From the NCBI GenBank assembly GCA_903895695.1, contig CAITUY010000145.1, forward strand, positions 224-64,223: a DNA stretch of 64,000 nt, in the 5' to 3' direction. The translations under genes and the position numbers were made by a program. Of the stretch, positions 48,401-55,909 are shown piece by piece. The notes below the pieces were generated by a model. It saw nothing but the letters and a program-made list of their open reading frames with translations, had not been told where the DNA came from and searched no databases. The DNA is from an uncultured bacterium. Its GTDB lineage: Bacteria > Verrucomicrobiota > Kiritimatiellia > CAIKKV01 > CAITUY01. The first letter of the stretch is position 1. Every line of letters starts with the position of its first letter.

Positions 48401-48571
48401 CGGGTATCGCTTGGCTGGGGGACGCGCCTTGGTTTGCCTCCTATGGCCTTGTAGGGCGCGTATGGTTGTGGCAACGTGAGTCACCAGTGCCGTTGGGGCG
48501 GGCACGACACGATAGGCGTCGCACCGGCCCACCATGTCGCGTGGATTGACCTGCAGGAGGGGAGCCGGATC

Positions 48572-49831
48572 ATGATCAGCATGTTCAGAACGGATCGGGC
48601 GATGGACCGCTGGGCGTGGTTTGTCATGGTCGCGGGCATAGTCGGCATGGCGGTATGGATGTTCCAAGGCGTGCTGGCACACGATGTCATCCTGTTCAGC
48701 ACGGATAACAACATCGGCGGCATCGACTACGTCAAGGAGCAGCTCCCCGGGGCCTATGCCGGGCTCTGGTTGAATTTTCCTCTTTTGGGGGGTGGCGATC
48801 CGGTCGCGCTCAATTGCACAACCGCTTTGTCCTGGTTGCTGCCTTTGAACACCTATATGGACTGGATCCACGCCGTCCATCTTGGCCTGGCCTCTGTCTT
48901 CCTGGTCTGTTTTCTTCGTCTCCACCGTTTGTCCTGGCTGGCATGCGCGATGGCGTGGCTCACGGCCTATTGGGTGGGCACGAACTTCACACTTGTATAT
49001 GCGGGCCACACCGGGAAGTTCGGGGTGGTCATGTTTGCGACCGCCGCCCTGTGGTGTATCCGCCAATTGGCGCTGAGCTCTTCGTGGGCCTGGTCCCTTT
49101 TGGCAGGCGCCTGCCTGGGCGGCATGCTTCTGGAACAGCAGGATGTGACTGTCTTCGTCGGCCTGTTCGTCGGCGCCTACGCGGTGTTTGCGGTCGGGCG
49201 CAGCGTGGGATGGCGGGTCAGGCCGGTCTTGATGCGCGTGGTCCCGATTCCCGCTGTCGCGCTGTTGCTGGCGGGCGGCACCATGCTTAAAGCGTACGCC
49301 GTGAACGTGGCAGGCGTCGCCGTGATGGAGGAAGACTCCGGTGCAAAGTGGGAGTTCTGTACGCAGTGGAGTGTGCCGCCGGATGAGTCGATCGAATTCG
49401 TGGCCCCCGGCTACATGGGCTGGCGATCCGGGGAGCCGGAAGGGCCTTACTGGGGTCGCACCGGTCGTTCCGCCGGCTGGGAACAGACGGGTCAGGGGTT
49501 CATGAATTTCCGGCTCGAGGGCATCTATGTCGGCGCGATCCCGGTGGCGCTGGCGCTGTTCGCCGTGGCGGCGGCCGTGTGGGGCGGGCGGTCCGATCGC
49601 CGCGCCGAGATCTTTTTTTGGGGTGGCGCAGCGGTGCTGGCTTTACTGCTCGCCTTCGGGAAGTTCTTCCCTCTGTATGCGCTGTTGTACAAGTTGCCGG
49701 TGCTTAACAATATCCGCAACCCGAACAAATTCCTCCACGTGTTCCAGGTTGCGCTGGGCATCCTGGCGGCCTATGGGCTGGATACGGCCGTGAGATGGCG
49801 GGGAGAGACCCGGCATCCGCAGGCGCTGTAG
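48572..49831 (+). CDS. YfhO-like membrane glycosyltransferase, N-terminal half
   Basis: LWLNFPLLGG, YAGHTGKF, TQWSVPPDE, YWGR, IYVGAIP, IRNPNKF...ILAAYGLD, then a stop; lacks the C-terminal YfhO region. Confidence 0.75.
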   Translation: MISMFRTDRAMDRWAWFVMVAGIVGMAVWMFQGVLAHDVILFSTDNNIGGIDYVKEQLPGAYAGLWLNFPLLGGGDPVALNCTTALSWLLPLNTYMDWIHAVHLGLASVFLVCFLRLHRLSWLACAMAWLTAYWVGTNFTLVYAGHTGKFGVVMFATAALWCIRQLALSSSWAWSLLAGACLGGMLLEQQDVTVFVGLFVGAYAVFAVGRSVGWRVRPVLMRVVPIPAVALLLAGGTMLKAYAVNVAGVAVMEEDSGAKWEFCTQWSVPPDESIEFVAPGYMGWRSGEPEGPYWGRTGRSAGWEQTGQGFMNFRLEGIYVGAIPVALALFAVAAAVWGGRSDRRAEIFFWGGAAVLALLLAFGKFFPLYALLYKLPVLNNIRNPNKFLHVFQVALGILAAYGLDTAVRWRGETRHPQAL

Positions 49832-49860
49832 CCGGGTTGACGTTGCCCCTGGGCTCAACA

Positions 49861-49953
49861 GCCGCGCGCCACGGGGTGGCGCGCCCACACAGAGCGGGAC
49901 TCGCCGCTGTTCTTTCCCGGGGTGGGCGCGCTGCCCCGTAGCGCGCGACAGGG
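49861..49953. repeat. REP doublet (REPIN-like), copy B1
   Basis: gccgcgcgccacggggtggcgcgcccac-spacer-gtgggcgcgctgccccgtagcgcgcgacaggg. Confidence 0.88.
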
Positions 49954-49972
49954 CGGACCGATGCCGCTAGCC

Positions 49973-51478
49973 TCAAGCCCCGGTCTGCACTCCCGGTATC
50001 TCGGCTTCGCCGAACTGCCTGTGCGTCCGCTGGAGTCTGTGGCGCGTCATGTCCTGAATGTGGCGCACGGTGTCGAGACCAAACAGGCGCTGTATCTTCG
50101 CGAGATAGCGAGGGTTCTCATAGTAGGCATGGAAAGCGTAATCCCGGAAACTGAGGACTTCGCCTGCCGTCAGATGCCGCGTTGGCAACGGGAGTGAGTC
50201 GCGCGCATAGGGCGAGTATCCGGACCACGATGCCGGGAGCGCCCACCCCTGCGCTATGGCCTGGTCATGGAGCCGCGTGCCTGGATAGGCCACGGCCGCG
50301 TAGATATTCAGCCACTCGGCATTGATGTCCATGGCCATGTTGAGCGTTTGCTGCATGCTGTCGAAATCGTCTTCCGGGAGTCCGAAGATAAAGTTCGACA
50401 GGACGTACAGTCCCTCTTGGTAAGTCATGTCCACGATCTTCATCGTTGTGGACGCGTCGTAACGTTTGTCGACGTCTTTCAGGACGCGTTCGTTCGCAGA
50501 CTCGAATCCGTAGGCCACCCAATGGATGCCGGCTTTCTTCATGCGGGCCAGCATCCGCGGCGTGACGGTATTGACGCGAGCATAGGCCCACATGTTGAGG
50601 TCGTACCCGCGTTCTATGATCCGGTCGCAGAGGTCGATTACCCGATCCTCGTTGAGCGCAAAGAGTTCATCGATGATCTTGATATTCCGGATGCCATAGC
50701 GGGTGACGAGCCCGTCGAGGTCCTCGATCACTCGTTCCGGGCTCCGCAGTCGGATCCCGGGTTTGCCGAACATGGTGTTGATGCAGCAAAAGCTGCAGTT
50801 GAAAGGACACCCGAGACTTGTATAGAGCACGCCGTAGGGTTGGCGGTCCTGAATGTGGCCGAAACAATGCCAGTTGTGCGCCCGGTAGCGAGTCATGGGC
50901 AGCAAGTCCCAGGCGGGCTGCGGCAGGGCGTCGAGGTCGGCGCACACCGGCGCCCGCGGGTTTGCGCAGACGCGCCCGTTCTCGCGATACCACAGGCCGG
51001 GTATCCGGAAGCCAGGCGCCGGCGACTGGAGCGCCTCGACCAAATCCACCAGGGCTTGGAAGCCCTCCCCCTCGAAGGCGAACTCCACATGCTCCTCGTC
51101 CATCGTGCGTGCCGGGAGGGCCGAGACGTGCAGTCCGTGGATGGCTGTCTTGATTTCCGGCGCGATGTCCCTGAGATTGCGCAGGACGTGGCCTGCGCCG
51201 ATCATGTTCATGGTAGAGGCTGATGGATTGCTGCCGGAAACGGAAATCACGGCCAGCAGCGGGTTCAACGCCTTGATCCGTGCGGCGGTCTCGGCGCCAT
51301 CCCATCCCTCGACTTCCGCGTCGAGCAGTTCCACCGCATGGCCGTGCGAGCGCAGGTAACCCCCGAGCAGGGCCGCCCAAAGCGGGGGCTCGACCGCCGT
51401 AAGGGAGAACTCGCTCAAGGCTCCATATAAGCGCTTCTGGTCGCCAGGTTTAACGATTACGACCGTCGGTGAATTCAT
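49973..51478 (-). CDS. B12-binding radical SAM protein
   Basis: AVEPPLWAALL, GLHVSALP, GEG, YRAHNWH, SLGCPFNCSFC, FIFGLPED, AYPGT. Confidence 0.9.
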   Translation of the reverse strand: MNSPTVVIVKPGDQKRLYGALSEFSLTAVEPPLWAALLGGYLRSHGHAVELLDAEVEGWDGAETAARIKALNPLLAVISVSGSNPSASTMNMIGAGHVLRNLRDIAPEIKTAIHGLHVSALPARTMDEEHVEFAFEGEGFQALVDLVEALQSPAPGFRIPGLWYRENGRVCANPRAPVCADLDALPQPAWDLLPMTRYRAHNWHCFGHIQDRQPYGVLYTSLGCPFNCSFCCINTMFGKPGIRLRSPERVIEDLDGLVTRYGIRNIKIIDELFALNEDRVIDLCDRIIERGYDLNMWAYARVNTVTPRMLARMKKAGIHWVAYGFESANERVLKDVDKRYDASTTMKIVDMTYQEGLYVLSNFIFGLPEDDFDSMQQTLNMAMDINAEWLNIYAAVAYPGTRLHDQAIAQGWALPASWSGYSPYARDSLPLPTRHLTAGEVLSFRDYAFHAYYENPRYLAKIQRLFGLDTVRHIQDMTRHRLQRTHRQFGEAEIPGVQTGA

Positions 51479-51587
51479 GCCGCTTGATTCTCGTGATGGA
51501 CGCTTGGAAGGCAAGCCGATTTGTGACCGCGCACCGAGGGAACGACGGAGCGATGGTGGGGCCGCTGGCGGTCTGGTGGCCTTGACG

Positions 51588-51662
51588 GTCGCGCGCCACA
51601 GGGGTGGCGCGTCCACACAGAGGGTGTCCCAAGGTGGGCGCGCTACCCCCGTAGCGCGCGAC
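51588..51662. repeat. REP doublet (REPIN-like), copy B2
   Basis: gtcgcgcgccacaggggtggcgcgtccac-spacer-gtgggcgcgctacccccgtagcgcgcgac. Confidence 0.88.
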
Positions 51663-51767
51663 GGGGCTGTGGCCGGAAGATGGCGACGGATTATCTTTCA
51701 TCTTTGCATTTCTCCCCCTTTTCCTTCAGCCTACAGCGCACAGACTAAACCACGGTCGGCAACAACT

Positions 51768-53225
51768 ATGAGCAAAGATAAGAAGAAGCCAGCGACACGA
51801 GGCGCCTCCGTCAATTCCCGCGACGAAGCCGCATCCCCGCGGCCGAGCGCAGTTTCCCCTCTGTGGGCTCGCGTGTTCGTGTGGTGCGTCCTGGGTGCTG
51901 CCGGCCTCTTGGCACTGTGGGCGCTGGTAGTGACAACCAACCAGGCGGCCGAAATACGCCGGTTCTCGGAGCAGGGCTGGGGCCAGCATGCGAGCGCGAT
52001 CGTCGGCAATCAAGTGCGGGCCCTTTGGCACGCCGCTTTCATGATGGCGGTCGCAGGAGTCGCTTTGTGGTGGATTATTGGGAAAAGAGGGTCGAGGGTT
52101 GAGGGTCGAGGGGCAGGGGTCCGAAATGGTGCGGCAGCAGCAGTCCGAAGTCCGCGGTTCGTTGTCCCTGTCCTTTTGGTGCTGATTGTGGCGTTCGACG
52201 CCGTGTGGTTTTCGCGGAATTACGTGAAGACTTTGCCCCTGTCGGGCTTCGAGGCAAACCCGGTGATTGCGATATTGAAGAAGGACACGCCGGAGCACCG
52301 CGTCGCGTTGGTATCCCAGGACGGCTTCTATAATTGGTGGCTGACCTATCTGTTTCCCTACCACGGGATCTTGACCGTCAACATCACGCAGATGCCTCGC
52401 ATGCCGGCCGATTACAAGGCCTTCCTGGGCGCGATGGGACGTAACCCTCTGCGGATGTGGCAGCTCTCGGCGGTGGGATATGTGCTGGCGCCGGCCCCGG
52501 TGTGGCGGCAGATCCAGCACGACCCGGCCTGGAGCAACGCCTTCGAACTGGTCTGCGGGTACAATGTGGCGCCGGCTGAGGCGGGTGTGACCGTGGTGCC
52601 GGTGTGGGAGCGCGCAAGCCTGGAATCAGGAGACAGAAGTCAGAAGCCAGAAATCGGAGCGTCGGCTGTTCCTCCTAAAGACGTCGGTGAGCACGTTGTC
52701 CTGCGTTTGCTTCGACCCGCCCCTCGCTTCGCTTTGATCGGCGCCGTGCGTCAGGTGGATGATGAGGAGGCATTGAAACTGCTGGGTTCACCTGCCTACG
52801 AATTGTTTCAGGAGGTGCTCGTTCCGCCTGTAGCCGCGGGCGCCGACCCCGGGCGTGCGGCTGCTGAAGCGGCGCTGACCAATGCCGGATTCATGGGCAC
52901 CTGCACGTTGAGCCATTATCGCCCCGGCCGTATGGAGGTCGAGGTCAAGGCGACCAAGCCGGGTATCCTCCGGGTGAGCGAGAAATACGATAGGGACTGG
53001 AAGGCGACCGTGGACGGCACGCCCGAGCCCGTGCAGCGAGTCGATTTCATCATGCAGGGCGTGCTGGTGCCGGCAGGCGAACACAGGATTGTGCTGCGGT
53101 ATGCACCCTCCATCTGGCCTCTCTACGTACAGGGCGTGGGGATGCTGATCGTGCTCGGCGCCGTGGGGTGGCTGGTTGGCGCGAAGATCCGCGCGCGCAA
53201 GTCGCAAACAATGATCAGCAAATAG
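51768..53225 (+). CDS. YfhO-like membrane protein, C-terminal half
   Basis: TM segments, then LRVSEKYDRDWKATVDG...VQRVDFIMQGVLVPAGEHRIVLRYAP and a terminal TM, the typical YfhO C-terminus. Confidence 0.78.
   Translation: MSKDKKKPATRGASVNSRDEAASPRPSAVSPLWARVFVWCVLGAAGLLALWALVVTTNQAAEIRRFSEQGWGQHASAIVGNQVRALWHAAFMMAVAGVALWWIIGKRGSRVEGRGAGVRNGAAAAVRSPRFVVPVLLVLIVAFDAVWFSRNYVKTLPLSGFEANPVIAILKKDTPEHRVALVSQDGFYNWWLTYLFPYHGILTVNITQMPRMPADYKAFLGAMGRNPLRMWQLSAVGYVLAPAPVWRQIQHDPAWSNAFELVCGYNVAPAEAGVTVVPVWERASLESGDRSQKPEIGASAVPPKDVGEHVVLRLLRPAPRFALIGAVRQVDDEEALKLLGSPAYELFQEVLVPPVAAGADPGRAAAEAALTNAGFMGTCTLSHYRPGRMEVEVKATKPGILRVSEKYDRDWKATVDGTPEPVQRVDFIMQGVLVPAGEHRIVLRYAPSIWPLYVQGVGMLIVLGAVGWLVGAKIRARKSQTMISK
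52087..52161 (+). repeat. In-frame heptamer array inside the YfhO C-half
   Basis: gagggtc gagggtt gagggtc gaggggc aggggtc ... cagtccg aagtccg cggttcg, encoding RGSRVEGRGAGVRNGAAAAVRSPR. Confidence 0.65.
52622..52656 (+). repeat. In-frame heptamer array inside the YfhO C-half
   Basis: ggaatca ggagaca gaagtca gaagcca gaaatcg, encoding ESGDRSQKPEI. Confidence 0.65.
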
Positions 53226-53235
53226 TGATTCGGCA

Positions 53236-54264
53236 GTGACAGAACCCCACAATATCAAGCTCTCCGTCGTCATCCCTACTTTGGGACGGCCGATCTTGAT
53301 CGACACGCTGAAGTCCCTGCTGGCCGCCCAGGGAGTCGACGACATTGAAATCATAGTGGCGGGGCGAATCGCGGATGTAGCGGTAGCCGCTCGGGTGAAG
53401 GACCTTGTCGGGCGCTACCCGCGCATCAGGCATCTGGAAGTGGCCTTTCCTTCCGGCGACTCGAGCCGCAAGAAGAACGCCGGTGCCGAGATAAGCCGGG
53501 CGGATCTCGTTGCGTTCATCGACGACGATGTGATCGTGGCGTCGGACTGGCCGCTGCGCATTGTCGAACCTTTTGCCGATCCAGCGGTCGGCCTCGTTAG
53601 CGGTCCCAGCCTTGTCCCGGACGATCTGCCGCTCATGGCGCGGCTGGCGGGCGTGACGCTGGCCTCAAAAGCGGCAGGTTATGTTGCCCAGAGGTACCTG
53701 CAGGGCGACCCGCATCCGCGCGAAGTTCGCTGGTCCTTCCTGATCGGTTGCAACATGGCGTTCAGGAAGACCGTGTTGAACGAACTGGGTGGCTTTGACC
53801 CGGCCTTCTGGCCCGGCGAAGAGATGATCGCCTCTTCCAGGGCCACGCGCGCAGGCCACAAACTGATCTTCCACCCGCACGCGTTCCTCTATCACTATCC
53901 CCGTTCCTCATTGCTTCGGTATCTCAAACAGATCTACGGCTATGGCGCGACTCGAATCCGGCTGCTAAGGGCAGGCGTGGAATTCGAGGCCACGACATTG
54001 CTCCCTGCTCTATGGGTGCTATCGCTGTTGGTGCTCGGAATTACGGCCCCGTTCTGTCAATGGTGTCTGTGGCTGCTTGTGGCAGATATTGCCCTGTACC
54101 TGGTCGGCGCGCTCGCCATTACCGCTCAGAAGGTCGGTGAGACCCGTCATTGGAAGGACGTACTGATGTTTCCGCTCGTGCCTCTGACGCATCTGAGCTA
54201 TGGGATCGCCGAATGGGTTGAGGTGTTTATGCCCGGTCGCGATCTAAGCGTGAAGAAGGGATAG
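53236..54264 (+). CDS. GT2 glycosyltransferase with C-terminal TM helices
   Basis: LSVVIPTLGR, KNAGA, AFIDDD, GCNMAFRK, GGFDP. Confidence 0.88.
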   Translation: MTEPHNIKLSVVIPTLGRPILIDTLKSLLAAQGVDDIEIIVAGRIADVAVAARVKDLVGRYPRIRHLEVAFPSGDSSRKKNAGAEISRADLVAFIDDDVIVASDWPLRIVEPFADPAVGLVSGPSLVPDDLPLMARLAGVTLASKAAGYVAQRYLQGDPHPREVRWSFLIGCNMAFRKTVLNELGGFDPAFWPGEEMIASSRATRAGHKLIFHPHAFLYHYPRSSLLRYLKQIYGYGATRIRLLRAGVEFEATTLLPALWVLSLLVLGITAPFCQWCLWLLVADIALYLVGALAITAQKVGETRHWKDVLMFPLVPLTHLSYGIAEWVEVFMPGRDLSVKKG

Positions 54265-54313
54265 CCCTGCAGCGGGCGCCCGACCCCGAGGAGACGAGCC
54301 CCGCCGAGGCCGG

Positions 54314-55087
54314 CTACTGCCTTTTGAGAAACGCTTCCATTGCCGCAATGCCCTCAGGTGTCCCCATGTCCAGCAGGGGCGGCGGGAGGGGACAGGCGCG
54401 GACCAAGCCGCGACGCACGAGATCCGGAAAGATATCGATCTCAATAGACACGTTGCGATCAGCGGGGATGGACTGCAGGATGGCGCGATCGATCAGGTAC
54501 AGGCCTGCGTTGATCCAGCCGGACTCTCGCGGCGCCTTCTCCCGGAAGGCGGTCACTCGCGCCGCCTCATCGAATTCAACGGTGCCGTAGCGGCCAGCCT
54601 CGCCGATTTGCGTCACGGCGATGGTGACCGAACCGCGGTGTGCAGCCGTCAGAGACTTGAAATCCAAGTTCGGCGACAGGCTGTCGCCGTTGAGCACCAG
54701 GAACGGATCACTCCTCACCCACGGCTCGACAAATCTGAGCCCACCGCCCGTTCCAAGGGGAGACGGCTCGGAAGAGAGCGACACGTGGAAGGTGAAAGGT
54801 GGAAGGCATATGGTCAGCGGCGAAGCGTGAGCCGTTAAGCCCATAACGGCGCGCTCACTCTGACTTCTGACCTCTGACCGCTGACTCCTGGCTCCCAACC
54901 ACTCGGCAAGCACCTCGGCCTTGTAGCCGGCGGCCAAGTGAATGTCCGTAATGCCCGCTTTGCCGAGCCACTCGAACTGCCATTCCAGGAATGGGCGGCC
55001 GGCGATCGGCACCAATATCTTGGGACGATCCGAGTAGAGGGCGCTGAGGCGTGTGCCCTTGCCGCCGCAGAGGATGATGGCTTGCAT
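54314..55087 (-). CDS. hddC: Sugar-1-phosphate nucleotidyltransferase (HddC-like), with an internal repeat-derived insertion
   Basis: ILCGGKGTRL...PKIL, PLGTGGGL, VLNGDS, RYGTV, FREK, INAGLY, DMGTPE. Confidence 0.78.
   Translation of the reverse strand: MQAIILCGGKGTRLSALYSDRPKILVPIAGRPFLEWQFEWLGKAGITDIHLAAGYKAEVLAEWLGARSQRSEVRSQSERAVMGLTAHASPLTICLPPFTFHVSLSSEPSPLGTGGGLRFVEPWVRSDPFLVLNGDSLSPNLDFKSLTAAHRGSVTIAVTQIGEAGRYGTVEFDEAARVTAFREKAPRESGWINAGLYLIDRAILQSIPADRNVSIEIDIFPDLVRRGLVRACPLPPPLLDMGTPEGIAAMEAFLKRQ
54785..54894. repeat. Paired opposing heptamer arrays in frame within the nucleotidyltransferase gene
   Basis: gtggaag gtgaaag gtggaag gcatatg gtcagcg gcgaagc gtgagcc gttaagc, a 19-nt spacer, then ctgactt ctgacct ctgaccg ctgactc ctggctc. 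Confidence 0.7.
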
Positions 55088-55111
55088 GGTTGTCGCCTGG
55101 ATGGGTGTCGT

Positions 55112-55909
55112 TCAGGGCCTGTGTCCGGCCGACGCCGCCTTCAGGAAAGCGGTGAGGGCGTCTTCCGTGCGCGGTAACGGGCATAGGCGTCCGAGCTTCT
55201 CCACGTTCATCTCATATCGTTCGCGGGGGAGCGTCTCCCACGCAGCGTCCAGCCGGCACTGGGGAATCATTCTGGCCACCTGGCGCAACGAGATTAGACC
55301 GCGACCGGCTATGTTGAACACCTGCTGCGTAGCCCCCGTCTCCGCCACCGCAAGAATGGCCCGGGCCAGATCGTCAGTATGCAGGTACTGGTACTCGGAA
55401 TCAGGATGCACGCGAAGCGGCTGGCCGTTGAGCAGGTCGAAAATGGAATTCTTCCAGAGTCCTGGCCCGACAGAACCGGCCATCCGGAAGATCAGCCAGC
55501 GGCCCGCATACCGTCGCACGATTTGCTCGGACAGGTACTTGTGAAAGCCGTAAGGCGATTGGCGCGTGCTGTCGATCGCCACATCTTCGTGGTTGAGCGC
55601 CGGGTCGGAGACATCCGGGTAGACGTCCATCGTGGACAGGTACACGTACAAGCCGACCTTGAAATCACACATCGATTTCAGCACGGAACGTACGGAAAGA
55701 TCGAACTCCAGCGCGGGATTCTCCCGTCCCAGGAACTTCTTCGAGTTGCCGTTCGCATTGATCAGCAAATCGCATGCGCTCCCGACCCACTGATCGTAAT
55801 CTTCCCGGCCGACAACCCGCACGGAATAGCCGCGCTCGCGTGCCTGCCGCACGATGGCCGACCCCACGAATCCTTTGCCACCCAGGACGATGCAGTCCCT
55901 GCCGATCAC
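55112..55909 (-). CDS. NAD-dependent epimerase/dehydratase family protein
   Basis: VLGGKGFVG, LSTMDVY, PYGFHK. Confidence 0.8.
   Translation of the reverse strand: MIGRDCIVLGGKGFVGSAIVRQARERGYSVRVVGREDYDQWVGSACDLLINANGNSKKFLGRENPALEFDLSVRSVLKSMCDFKVGLYVYLSTMDVYPDVSDPALNHEDVAIDSTRQSPYGFHKYLSEQIVRRYAGRWLIFRMAGSVGPGLWKNSIFDLLNGQPLRVHPDSEYQYLHTDDLARAILAVAETGATQQVFNIAGRGLISLRQVARMIPQCRLDAAWETLPRERYEMNVEKLGRLCPLPRTEDALTAFLKAASAGHRP

Noticed and set aside
41599-51662. REP doublets as integron attC sites or CRISPR repeats
   Set aside because: The RYYYAAC/GTTRRRY ends are not consistently present (only GCTCAAC before copy B1), there is no integrase, and the spacing is kilobases.
51477-51767. N-terminal extension of the YfhO C-half ORF through REP B2
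   Set aside because: It overlaps the radical SAM start and the repeat, and the translation is not protein-like; ATG 51768 is more plausible.
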